From contig SLIG01000007.1 of NCBI GenBank assembly GCA_007135755.1, forward strand, positions 17,466 to 81,465: a stretch of 64,000 nt of DNA, in the 5' to 3' direction. The notes under the pieces are model-generated. The model did not search any database. It was not told where the DNA came from and saw only the letters and a program-made list of their open reading frames with translations. Each line of letters begins with the position of its first letter. The stretch's first letter is position 1. The position numbers and the translations under genes are program-made. This stretch comes from Cyanobium sp. (GTDB taxonomy: Bacteria > Cyanobacteriota > Cyanobacteriia > PCC-6307 > Cyanobiaceae). Of this stretch, positions 9,617 to 18,214 are shown in pieces.

Positions 9617-11083
9617 ATGTCCGGCACCCGAGATACTTCCGCTGCCTTCACTGCTGCTCAGGAGGTCTCTGCCAGCGGATCGCCGGTCCCTCTGCCAGAT
9701 CTAGCGGCCGTGATCGGCATGGGCCGCTCGGGTATCGGAGCCGCCCGTTTGCTGCAGGCCCTCGGCGAACGGGTGGTGCTGCTTGAAAGCCGCAGCACGG
9801 AGACGATGCAGAAGCAGGCCGCACAACTGCGCCGCCAGGGCATCAACGTGCAGCTCAACCAGGGGCTGGATCTCGATGCCATCCTGGCGCTTGGCGCTGA
9901 CCTCAAGCGGGTGGTGGTGAGCCCGGGCATCCGCTGGGATCATCCGGTGCTGGAAGCCCTGCGCGCCCGGGGCATTGACGTGCAGGGTGAAGTGGAGCCG
10001 GCCTGGCACGCCAGCCGCCCGGTGCCCTGGATCGGCATCACCGGCACCAACGGCAAAACCACCGTCACCCATCTGGTGCACCACCTGCTGCGCAGCGCCG
10101 GCCGTGATGGGGAGATGGCCGGCAACGTGGGCCGCTCCGCGGCCGAAACCGTGCTGGAGCGGCGCCAGAGCACGCGAGGGCTTCCCGAGTGGCTGGTGGT
10201 GGAGCTGAGCAGCTACCAGATCGAGTCCTGCGACGCGGTGGCGCCGCAGGTGGGCATCTGGACCACCCTCACCCCCGACCATCTCGAGCGGCATGGCACG
10301 GTGGATCACTACCGCAGCATCAAACGCCGGTTGCTGGAGCGCAGTGCGGTGCGGGTGCTCAATGGCGATGATCCCGACCTGCGATCCAGGGCAGCGAGCT
10401 GGGATCAGGCGATCTGGGTGACGGCCGGGCCGCGGCAGCCCCTGGCCCCTGGGATCGAACCGGCCCTCTGGATCGAATCGGAGCGGGTGTTGCACATCCG
10501 GGGCGGGCAGCCCTGTGAGCTGATGGCCGCCGATGCCCTGGCCATGCCGGGATCCCACAACCGTCAGAACATGCTGCTGGCGGTGGCAGCCGGACTCGAG
10601 GCAGGCCTGGATGGCCCCACCATGGAGGCGGCCCTGCGCAGCTTCCCCGGAGTCCCCCACCGCCTGGAACTCATCCGCACCTGGCGGCAGGTGCGTTTCT
10701 TCAACGACAGCAAGGCCACCAACTACGACGCCGCCGAGGTGGCCCTCCAGGCCCTCGACGGGCCGCTGGTGGTTCTGGCCGGTGGCCAGGCGAAGATCGG
10801 TGAGGCCAGCGCCTGGGTGGCGGCCCTGAGGCAAAGCGCCAGGGCCGTGGTGCTCTTTGGAGAAGCGCAGGGGATGTTCGCGGGGCTGCTGCACGATCAG
10901 GGTTATGCCGGCCGCATCGACACCTGCCCCGGGCTGGAGCAGGCGGTGCCCCTGGCCGCGATGCTGGCCGAGCAACTGGGCTGCACGGCGGTGCTGCTCT
11001 CTCCGGCCTGTGCCAGCTTCGACCAGTACGCCGATTTCGAAGCCCGAGGGGAGCATTTCCGCGGCCTGGTGGCCCGGCTCTGA
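9617..11083 (+). CDS. murD: UDP-N-acetylmuramoyl-L-alanine--D-glutamate ligase
   Basis: 488 aa. Rossmann motif VIGMGRSGIGAA and Mur ligase P-loop GITGTNGKTTVTHL. C-terminal GGQAK...FDQY pattern. Confidence 0.9.
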   Translation: MSGTRDTSAAFTAAQEVSASGSPVPLPDLAAVIGMGRSGIGAARLLQALGERVVLLESRSTETMQKQAAQLRRQGINVQLNQGLDLDAILALGADLKRVVVSPGIRWDHPVLEALRARGIDVQGEVEPAWHASRPVPWIGITGTNGKTTVTHLVHHLLRSAGRDGEMAGNVGRSAAETVLERRQSTRGLPEWLVVELSSYQIESCDAVAPQVGIWTTLTPDHLERHGTVDHYRSIKRRLLERSAVRVLNGDDPDLRSRAASWDQAIWVTAGPRQPLAPGIEPALWIESERVLHIRGGQPCELMAADALAMPGSHNRQNMLLAVAAGLEAGLDGPTMEAALRSFPGVPHRLELIRTWRQVRFFNDSKATNYDAAEVALQALDGPLVVLAGGQAKIGEASAWVAALRQSARAVVLFGEAQGMFAGLLHDQGYAGRIDTCPGLEQAVPLAAMLAEQLGCTAVLLSPACASFDQYADFEARGEHFRGLVARL

Positions 11084-11154
11084 TCCGGGGAGCCCCGGAG
11101 CAGACGGCCAGCGCGGTGATCCGTAGCATCCACGCAGATGAGCAAACGCCTGCG

Positions 11155-11610
11155 GTGGCCTACTGGCTGATGAAGAGCGAGCCGGATGTCTATGGCATCG
11201 AGCATCTCCAGCGGGAGCAGACCACCCTCTGGGACGGCATCCGCAACTACCAGGCGCGCAACTTCATGCGCAGCATGGCGGTGGGCGACCTGGCCTTTTT
11301 TTATCACTCCAATACGAAACCACCTGGCATCGTGGGGCTGATGGAGGTGCTGGAGACCGGCTTGGTGGACCCCACCCAGTTCGATCCCAACTCCAAGTAT
11401 CACGACCCGGCCTCCAGCCAGGACAAACCCCGCTGGGACTGTGTGCGCCTGGGCTACGTGCGCCAGTTCCCCACCCTGCTGTCGCTGGAGACCCTGCGGC
11501 AGACCTTCACGCCGGAGCAATTGGGCGTGGTGCGCCGGGGTAACCGCCTCTCCATTGTGCCGGTGCCAGACAGCAGCGCCGAGCGGATCCTGAAGCTGCT
11601 GGAGAGCTGA
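11155..11610 (+). CDS. EVE (PUA-like) domain protein
   Basis: AYWLMKSEPDVYGIEHL...WDGIRNYQARNFMR...GDLAFFYHS is typical of EVE proteins. GTG at 11155 fits homologue N-termini. The ORF is open from 11116. Confidence 0.75.
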   Translation: MAYWLMKSEPDVYGIEHLQREQTTLWDGIRNYQARNFMRSMAVGDLAFFYHSNTKPPGIVGLMEVLETGLVDPTQFDPNSKYHDPASSQDKPRWDCVRLGYVRQFPTLLSLETLRQTFTPEQLGVVRRGNRLSIVPVPDSSAERILKLLES

Positions 11611-12392
11611 TGGGGGCCACCGCGCCCACAACCCCACCGATCGCCATCCGCCGCGCTCTGGAAGAGGGCTGGGATGGCTTCCGCCGCGGCAGCAGCACCC
11701 TGATCCCGTTCACCCTGCTGGTGGGCGGCCTGAATGTGCTCTGCCAACTGGCCATCCGCTTCAGCGGCGAGCGGATCGTGAATGTCTATGGCCAGACCGA
11801 CGCGCTGGCGCGCGCAGGCTTCCTGCTGGCCTGGCTCGCCTACCTGCTCAGCAACCTCTGGCTGGTGGTGGGCCTGCTGCGAGGGGCGAACACGGCGCTG
11901 AAACGGCAGCGGCCGCGGCTGCGGGATCTGTTGCGGCTGGACTGGCGGGCCCTGGGGCGAGCCGGCGGCACGTCAGCCCTGGTGCTGCTGGTGCTGGCGG
12001 TGATCTTCCGTCTGGCCCAGGCCAGCGCCTGGCTGCTGGCCCTGCTGCAGCCCCTGCTGGTGCCGCTGCCACTGCTGGCGGGGGGGGCCGCGGTGATCTA
12101 CGTGGTCACCGATCAGCTGCTCAGCCTGCCCCTGACCGTGCTGGGGGGGCATGGGCCCCTGGAGTCGTTCCGCCGCGGCCGGGCGGCCATCGACCCCCAC
12201 TGGCTGCAGGCGCTGGGCCTGACGCTGCTGCTGGGTCTGGTGCTGCTGTCGGGGTTTCTGCTGCTGGTGGTGGGCCTGGCGGCCTCCCTTCCGGTGACGG
12301 CCTGCATCCTGGTGGCGGCCTACCGCCAGCTGTTCAACCGCCGTGGAAGGGTCCCCGAGAGGGGAACAGATGGGCCAGGTAGCAGCGGGTGA
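11610..12392 (+). CDS. Polytopic integral membrane protein, function unknown
   Basis: 260 aa with about 5-6 hydrophobic spans. Its ATG overlaps the EVE stop (CTGATG). Confidence 0.6.
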   Translation: MGATAPTTPPIAIRRALEEGWDGFRRGSSTLIPFTLLVGGLNVLCQLAIRFSGERIVNVYGQTDALARAGFLLAWLAYLLSNLWLVVGLLRGANTALKRQRPRLRDLLRLDWRALGRAGGTSALVLLVLAVIFRLAQASAWLLALLQPLLVPLPLLAGGAAVIYVVTDQLLSLPLTVLGGHGPLESFRRGRAAIDPHWLQALGLTLLLGLVLLSGFLLLVVGLAASLPVTACILVAAYRQLFNRRGRVPERGTDGPGSSG

Positions 12393-12636
12393 CATCCCGG
12401 CTCTGCACCCCGTTCTGCACCAGGAAACCGGCCACGGCCGCCTGGAACAGGCGGTACTGATCCCAGTTGGGATGGGCATCGATGAACAGCCGCATCGACA
12501 CCAGCAGGGCCTCGGGCACCTCCGCCCGCAGGCTCACCATCGGCTCGCCCTGGTCTTCCGGCTGACCCCCGGCAGCCGGGGGATGGCCGGGTTCGGCAGC
12601 GCGGGTGGAGCGGCTGATCGTGACCTTCGTGTCCAT
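12334..12636 (-). CDS. DUF2811-like small cyanobacterial protein
   Basis: ...LRAEVPEALLVSMRLFIDAHPNWDQYRLFQAAVAGFLVQNG... matches my recollection of DUF2811. ATG at 12636. The 3' end overlaps the convergent membrane-protein gene by about 59 nt. Confidence 0.6.
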   Translation of the reverse strand: MDTKVTISRSTRAAEPGHPPAAGGQPEDQGEPMVSLRAEVPEALLVSMRLFIDAHPNWDQYRLFQAAVAGFLVQNGVQSRDVTRCYLAHLFPSRGPFHGG

Positions 12637-13020
12637 GGCTCTTCCCCCGAAGCGAGCCCAAGAATCCCGAACGCCCCCGGGGCCGTCAAATCCAGGCCAG
12701 TGCCCCATCTGCAGCCGCTCCCAGCCTGAGATCCCAGTGCAAACAAGGGTTCCCGGCGAGGAGCGCGACGCCCGCCCCGGACGCCGGGGGCACGGCCGCC
12801 GCTGTCAAGGGCAGGCTGGGCAAGCGGGCCGTATTCCACAGCACCAAGGGGGAGCGCGAGGGTCGCGGCCTTGCCCTGGGGAAAGCCTGGGGAAAAGCCA
12901 GGCCCCGCAGGGGGGATCCAGCCCCCAGCTGGAGTGATCAGCAGTGCTGATCAGCGGCCAGCAGCCTGGTCATTCTCAGGGCCACGGCTGCTTCATGCTG
13001 GTGCCCCGCATGCCTGGGCC

Positions 13021-13890
13021 ATGGCTGGCATCACCACCGTTGCTCTGCTGGGAACCGGGCTGCTCGGGACCGCCATCGGCCAGCGGCTGCTGGAGCAGGA
13101 CGTGGTGGTGCAGGCCTGGAATCGCAGCCACCAGCGGCTGCAGCCGTTGGTGGCGCTCGGTGCCAGGGGCTGCCGCGAACCGCAGGAGGCCCTGAAGGGC
13201 TGCGACTGGGTGATCACGGTGCTGAGCGATGGAGCCGCGACGCGCTCGGTGCTGCAGCGCTGCCCACTCCAGGACCAACGGGTGCTGCAGATGGGCACCA
13301 TCGCCCCTGCCGAGAGCCGCGAACTCGGGGCGGCGATCGGCGCGGCGGGCGGCGCCTACCTGGAGGTGCCGGTGCTGGGCAGCCGCCCGGAGGCCCTGGC
13401 CGGCAGGTTGCAGGTGATGGCCGCAGGCCCTGGGGCCCTGTTCGAGACGGCGCTGCCCGTGCTCACGCGGCTGGGCCCGGAGCCACGGCTGCTGGGCCCA
13501 CTGGGTGCTGCGCTGGAGACCAAGCTGGCTCTCAATCAGCTGATCGTCAGCCTCACCCACGCCTTCAGCCTGTCTCTGCATCTGGTGCAGTCCAGCGGCG
13601 TGGATGTGGAGCACTTCATGGACCTGCTGCGCGGCAGTGCTCTTTACGCCCCCACATTCGACAAGAAGCTGCCGCGCCTGCTGGCAGACGACTACGACCA
13701 GCCCAACTTCCCCACGGCTCACCTGCGCAAGGATCTGCTGCTGTTCCTGGCGGCGGCCCGGGAGCGGGGCCTCGACACCCGTGGCTTGCAGGGCCTGGTG
13801 GATCTCCTGGCCGAGGCCGAAGCAGGCCCGCTGGACGCCCTCGACTACAGCGCCCTGCACCGGCTCACCGCCAGGCCCGATCAGGACTGA
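13021..13890 (+). CDS. NAD(P)-dependent oxidoreductase, 3-hydroxyisobutyrate/6-phosphogluconate dehydrogenase-like
   Basis: ATG at 13021 gives MAGITTVALLGTGLLGTAIGQRL (Rossmann GxGxxG). The rest has beta-hydroxyacid dehydrogenase layout. Confidence 0.75.
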   Translation: MAGITTVALLGTGLLGTAIGQRLLEQDVVVQAWNRSHQRLQPLVALGARGCREPQEALKGCDWVITVLSDGAATRSVLQRCPLQDQRVLQMGTIAPAESRELGAAIGAAGGAYLEVPVLGSRPEALAGRLQVMAAGPGALFETALPVLTRLGPEPRLLGPLGAALETKLALNQLIVSLTHAFSLSLHLVQSSGVDVEHFMDLLRGSALYAPTFDKKLPRLLADDYDQPNFPTAHLRKDLLLFLAAARERGLDTRGLQGLVDLLAEAEAGPLDALDYSALHRLTARPDQD

Positions 13891-14254
13891 ACGCCAGGCC
13901 CTGGCGCAGGGCCGCCACCACGGACTGGGAGGCGACCTCACTCCAGCCGGCCTCGACCCCCCGGGCCGCAGCTCCGGGAGTGAGGACAAAGCGCAACCGC
14001 CAAGCCTGAGGACGCCCCTCCAGCTCCAACCAGAGCGGGCCCCGCTCAAACTCCAGGCTCACCTCCTCTTCGGGCATCAGGCGTTCGGACAGCTCGGCCA
14101 GCTCATCGGCCAGGCGGCAACACCCCTCTGCCAGAGACCTGGCCTCGTCGGCCTGCAGCTCCACCGCCCAGCCCTCGCCACCGAGCAACACCGGGAAGGA
14201 GCCGCGGCCGGGATCCAGGCACAACCTCCAGCCAGGACCCTCGTGAACCTCCAA
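13865..14254 (-). CDS. DUF1818-like conserved cyanobacterial protein
   Basis: 129 aa, MEVHEGPGWRLCLDPGRGSFPVLLGGEGWAVEL.... Lies directly downstream of rpoZ. Family assignment is from memory. Confidence 0.55.
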   Translation of the reverse strand: MEVHEGPGWRLCLDPGRGSFPVLLGGEGWAVELQADEARSLAEGCCRLADELAELSERLMPEEEVSLEFERGPLWLELEGRPQAWRLRFVLTPGAAARGVEAGWSEVASQSVVAALRQGLAFSPDRAWR

Positions 14255-14256
14255 GC

Positions 14257-14487
14257 TCAGCCGGGCAGCAGGGCAGGTTGATCCTGCTCGTCGCTGAGTT
14301 CGATGATGGCCCGCTGCACCGGCTTGATCATGGAGTCGTCCAGCAGTCCGTCGAAATCATCGAAGCGGCGCTGCTTGGCCCGAAAGGCGATGCGCACGGT
14401 GGTGAGGTAGCGGTTGCTGGAGTGGCGGATGAGGCTCTCGGCCCGCTGGGCCAGGTCCTTGGAATTCACCTCGAGTCCAGTTTGCAT
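14257..14487 (-). CDS. rpoZ: DNA-directed RNA polymerase subunit omega
   Basis: 76 aa. [41 protein letters not shown] is typical of cyanobacterial RpoZ. Confidence 0.85.
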   Translation of the reverse strand: MQTGLEVNSKDLAQRAESLIRHSSNRYLTTVRIAFRAKQRRFDDFDGLLDDSMIKPVQRAIIELSDEQDQPALLPG

Positions 14488-14553
14488 CCGACGGCAGCCA
14501 CAGCCCCCAACCTAGTGGAAGGCCGCTAGAAGTCCCTGATTCAGGGCAGCGCG

Positions 14554-16101
14554 ATGCAAGGCACCGTGGCCATCGACCTGGGCAGCACCACCACCGTGGT
14601 GGCCCATCAGGCCCCCGCTGGCACGCCCGAGCTGCTGGCCCTGCCCCCCTACAGCCTGGCCTCCCCTGTGGTGGTGCCCTCGCTGCTGTGGTTCCACCAC
14701 GACACCCACTCCCGCCCCCTGATCGGCCGGCAGGTGCTGGAGGCGGGTCTGGCCCACCAGGACGATCCCCGCCTTCAGCGCGACTTCAAACGCCGCATCG
14801 CCTCCGGTCCGGCGTCCCGCGGAGCCGGTGGGGTCAGCCCTGAACAGGCCGGCAGCCTGCTGCTGCACCATCTCTGGCGGGCCCTACCGGCCGGGCTGGA
14901 GCCCCGGCGGCTGGTGCTCACCGCCCCGGTGGAGGCCTACCGCGGCTACCGCCAGTGGCTGCTGGAGGTGTGCAGCGACCTGGAGGTGCCCGAGCTGGCC
15001 CTGGTGGATGAACCCACCGCCGCGGCGATCGGAGCCGGCCTGCCCGCCGGCAGCACGGTGCTGGTGCTGGATCTGGGAGGGGGCACGATCGATCTCTCCC
15101 TGGTGCAGCTGGAGGGGGGGGAAGGCCGGGCGGCACCGATCGCCCAGCTGCTGCGCTTCGCCGGCCGCGACCTCCAGGACAGCCGCCAGCAGCTGCGCTG
15201 CGCCCGGGTGATCGGCAAGGCCGGGGTGTCGCTTGGCGGTCGCGACATCGACCGCTGGATCGCCGCGCTGCTCTGCCCCGACCAGGCGACCAGCGGGCCG
15301 TTGCTGGAGGCCTGCGAACGGCTGAAGTGCCAGCTCAGCGAGCAGAACGAGGCCCTGGTGGTGTGGAGTCCGCCCCAGGCTCCCCCGCGGGAGCTGCGGC
15401 TGAGCCGGGCTGCCCTGGACGACCTGTTGCACGGGTGCGGCCTGATCGAGCAGCTCGACGCCCTGCTCGCCGACGTGCTGGCGGCCGGCCGCAGCTCCGG
15501 CATCTCCCTGGAGCGGATCACGGCCGTGCTGCCGGTGGGCGGCACCAGCCAGCTGCCGACGATCCGCGACTGGATCCTCCAGCGCTGTGCCGACTTGCCG
15601 ATCCGGGACCAGCGGCCCGTGGAGGCCGTGGCCCTCGGTGCCCTGGCGCTGACCCCTGGTGTGCAGGTGAAGGACGTGCTGGCACGGGGGGTGTCGCTGC
15701 GCTGCTGGGAACAACGCAGTGGACGCCACCACTGGCATCCGTTGTTCGTGGCCGGCCAGAGCTGGCCCACGGATCAGCCCCTGGAGCTGGTGCTGGCCTG
15801 CAGCTGTGACGGCCAGCAGGCACTGGAACTGGTGCTGGGGGACCCGCTGGACGAGCGGCGCCGCGAAGTGGTGTTTGAAGCGGGTCTGCCGGTGCTGCGC
15901 AGCCGGGACGCCGGCGCCGCCAGGGTGCAGCCCTGGGCCCAGCGCCCCGTGGCCCTGCCCATGAACCCGCCCGGCCAACAGGGGCAGGATCGCCTGCGGC
16001 TGCAGTTCCGCATCGACGCCGAAAGCCAGTTGCTGGTGGAGGCCACCGACCTGCTCAGCGGCGAACGGCGCGGACCCCTTCGCCTGGGAGCGGTGCGCTG
16101 A
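14554..16101 (+). CDS. Hsp70-family protein, DnaK-like but short (no helical lid)
   Basis: AIDLGSTTTVVA (phosphate 1), LVDEPTAAAIG, LVLDLGGGTIDLSLV (phosphate 2) and VLPVGGTSQLP. Only about 130 aa follow the ATPase domain. Confidence 0.85.
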   Translation: MQGTVAIDLGSTTTVVAHQAPAGTPELLALPPYSLASPVVVPSLLWFHHDTHSRPLIGRQVLEAGLAHQDDPRLQRDFKRRIASGPASRGAGGVSPEQAGSLLLHHLWRALPAGLEPRRLVLTAPVEAYRGYRQWLLEVCSDLEVPELALVDEPTAAAIGAGLPAGSTVLVLDLGGGTIDLSLVQLEGGEGRAAPIAQLLRFAGRDLQDSRQQLRCARVIGKAGVSLGGRDIDRWIAALLCPDQATSGPLLEACERLKCQLSEQNEALVVWSPPQAPPRELRLSRAALDDLLHGCGLIEQLDALLADVLAAGRSSGISLERITAVLPVGGTSQLPTIRDWILQRCADLPIRDQRPVEAVALGALALTPGVQVKDVLARGVSLRCWEQRSGRHHWHPLFVAGQSWPTDQPLELVLACSCDGQQALELVLGDPLDERRREVVFEAGLPVLRSRDAGAARVQPWAQRPVALPMNPPGQQGQDRLRLQFRIDAESQLLVEATDLLSGERRGPLRLGAVR

Positions 16102-16103
16102 GG

Positions 16104-17012
16104 GTGGACGACGCCGGCGCCGCACCAGCAGACAGCCAGCCAGGCCCGCCCTCCCATCAAAATGGGAGATCGCGCTCGATCGCCTTGGCCCTGCGCCACC
16201 ACAGGCTGCCTCGACTCTGGCTGGGCCTCACCCTGGGGGTGGTGGCCCTCGGCCTGGGTACGGTGTACTGGTGGGAGCGGGAGCTGCCCGAGCGGCTTGA
16301 ACAGGCCGCCGAGCGGGGTGATCTCGATGCCTGTGTGCGCTACGGGGAGCAACTGCAGGCCCTGCGCTGGCTGGGGGACCGGACACCGGGCGCCCAGGGG
16401 GAGTGCCGCCGCCGCAAGGCCGCCCAGCTATGGGAGCAGCGGCGCTGGGCCGAGGCCCTGCAGCTGCAGCTGCAGCTGGTGAACTCCGAGACCGGCACTC
16501 CCGAGGACCGCAGCCTCCTCGACGCCTGGCAGCAGAGCCTCAAGCAGCAGGCCCTGGAGCTCTTCCAGACCGGAGATCTGGACGCCAGCCTCGCCCGGCT
16601 TGAGCCCATGGGCGAGCACACCCGGCCCGACCGCTCCGCCCTTGGCGATCAGTTACGCCAGATCTGGGAGCGCAACCGTCAGGGTCTGGAGCGATCACGG
16701 CGCCTGGTGGCGGAACAGCGCTGGTGGGAGGCCCTCGATGCCCTCAACCGCCTGGACCATCCCTGGTGGCAGCAGCAGGGGGAGGCGGTGCGTGCCCAGG
16801 TGAAGGCCAACCTCAACCGCCTGAGCGAGCAGGAGCGCCAGCGCGACAGCCACGGAGAGCTGCGCCACAGCGTGCCGGTCGAGCGCCTGGATGCGGAGGT
16901 GAGCCGGCTGATTGCCCAGGGGATGGATGACTGGGAGGCCTTCAACAAGGGCTGTGCAGCCCTGGGTGGACGGGTGGTGGAGCTTGGCCCGGAATCGGCC
17001 TGCCAGCGCTGA
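16104..17012 (+). CDS. Single-pass membrane protein with helical-repeat domain, partner of the Hsp70-like gene
   Basis: GTG start 2 nt after the Hsp70 stop. One TM (LWLGLTLGVVALGLGTVYWW), then a Trp/Glu/Leu/Gln-rich helical region. Confidence 0.6.
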   Translation: MDDAGAAPADSQPGPPSHQNGRSRSIALALRHHRLPRLWLGLTLGVVALGLGTVYWWERELPERLEQAAERGDLDACVRYGEQLQALRWLGDRTPGAQGECRRRKAAQLWEQRRWAEALQLQLQLVNSETGTPEDRSLLDAWQQSLKQQALELFQTGDLDASLARLEPMGEHTRPDRSALGDQLRQIWERNRQGLERSRRLVAEQRWWEALDALNRLDHPWWQQQGEAVRAQVKANLNRLSEQERQRDSHGELRHSVPVERLDAEVSRLIAQGMDDWEAFNKGCAALGGRVVELGPESACQR

Positions 17013-17053
17013 CGGCCTGCGTGACAGGATTGGCAGCACATCCCGGGGAGGCC

Positions 17054-17272
17054 ATGCAGCCAGGAGATCAGGTCAAGGTCTGCAGCAGCGTGGTGGTGTA
17101 TCACCATCCCCAGCACCGTGGTCAGGCCTTCGATCTGCAGGGACAGCAGGGTGAAGTGCTGTCGGTTCTCAACGACTGGAAAGGCCGGGTGATCAGCCCC
17201 ACCCTGCCTGTGGTGGTGGCCTTCGGCAAATTCCGCGCCCACTTCCGCGCCGACGAATTGGAGCAGACCTGA
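17054..17272 (+). CDS. ftrV: Ferredoxin-thioredoxin reductase variable subunit
   Basis: MQPGDQVKVCSSVVVYHHPQHRGQAFDLQGQQGEVLSVLNDWKGRVISPTLPVVVAF is typical of FtrV. Confidence 0.8.
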   Translation: MQPGDQVKVCSSVVVYHHPQHRGQAFDLQGQQGEVLSVLNDWKGRVISPTLPVVVAFGKFRAHFRADELEQT

Positions 17273-17288
17273 AGGCGGGGCTGGGCCC

Positions 17289-17819
17289 TCAAGGGCGCAG
17301 CAGGTAGACCCCCTCCTCCCCATCCACGCCCATGAGGCAGAGCTGGATGGTCTCCTGACGGCTGGTGGGCAGGACGCGTCCACAGAAATCCGGCTGGATG
17401 GGCAGTTCCCGGTGCCCCCGGTCCACCATCACCAGCAGGCTCACCCGCCGCGGCCGTCCCCAGGCCTGAAGCGCGTCGAGGGCGGCCCTGACGGTGCGGC
17501 CGGTGAAGATCACATCATCCACCAGCAACACGTGTCGCCCGTCGAGATCCACCGGCAGATCGGTGGCCTGCACCAGGCGGGTGCCGATGCGGTCGAGATC
17601 GTCGCGGTGAAAGGTGGGGTCGAGACTGCCCTGTTCCACCGCGTGGCCGCAGAGCTCGGCCAGGCGGTTGCCAAGCACCTCAGCCAGGGCCACCCCACGC
17701 GTGGGGATTCCGAGCAAGACCAGATGACGGCTGTCGACCACCGCTTCCAGCACCTGGGTTGCCAACCGGTCCAGGGTGCGGGACAGCTCAGCCCTGGAGA
17801 GGATTTCCAGGCGCTCCAT
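17289..17819 (-). CDS. pyrR: Bifunctional pyrimidine operon regulator / uracil phosphoribosyltransferase PyrR
   Basis: 176 aa. PRPP motif VLLVDDVIFTGRTVRAALDAL and an N-terminus typical of PyrR. Confidence 0.85.
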   Translation of the reverse strand: MERLEILSRAELSRTLDRLATQVLEAVVDSRHLVLLGIPTRGVALAEVLGNRLAELCGHAVEQGSLDPTFHRDDLDRIGTRLVQATDLPVDLDGRHVLLVDDVIFTGRTVRAALDALQAWGRPRRVSLLVMVDRGHRELPIQPDFCGRVLPTSRQETIQLCLMGVDGEEGVYLLRP

Positions 17820-18214
17820 CGGGCCGCCGCGGCTGGCTAAATCCTAGGGACCCGGGGATGTGACCAAAACCTGACGAGAGAGGGGAATCGAAAGAAAATG
17901 GCAACATTCGGGCTGTAGGTTGGGATTTCCTGGCGTGCGTCAGCATCCCCCACCGGCGACTACAGCCCTGCCACCGGATCCCCTCGCACCGCAACCCTGC
18001 CTTGCCGGTGCAACCCTGACTCCACACGGCGCCCCGCACCAGTGCACCCTGCACCACTGCACAGCGCCCCCGCACCACGCCTGAGTTCCACTGCGCACAA
18101 CCATTTCCCAGTCCATTCCTTCAGAACGCCTGCATTCGGTCTCAGACATTCCGTCTCATCCCTTCCGTCTCAACACTGAGTGCACGCCGTCCGGTGAATT
18201 CAGGTTCGTCCCCG

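Noticed and set aside
12343-12729. 128-aa + strand ORF antisense to the DUF2811-like gene
   Set aside because: The minus-strand frame carries the recognisable conserved motif (HPNWDQYRLFQAAVAGFL). The + strand product has no features and would overlap two genes.
17940-18149. 69-aa Cys/Trp-rich - strand ORF in the pyrR-gpmI intergenic region
   Set aside because: Its odd composition simply mirrors the C-rich repeats on the + strand (TGCACC/CGCACC read as W-C-x). There is no start context or recognisable domain. The region is reported as a non-coding curiosity instead.
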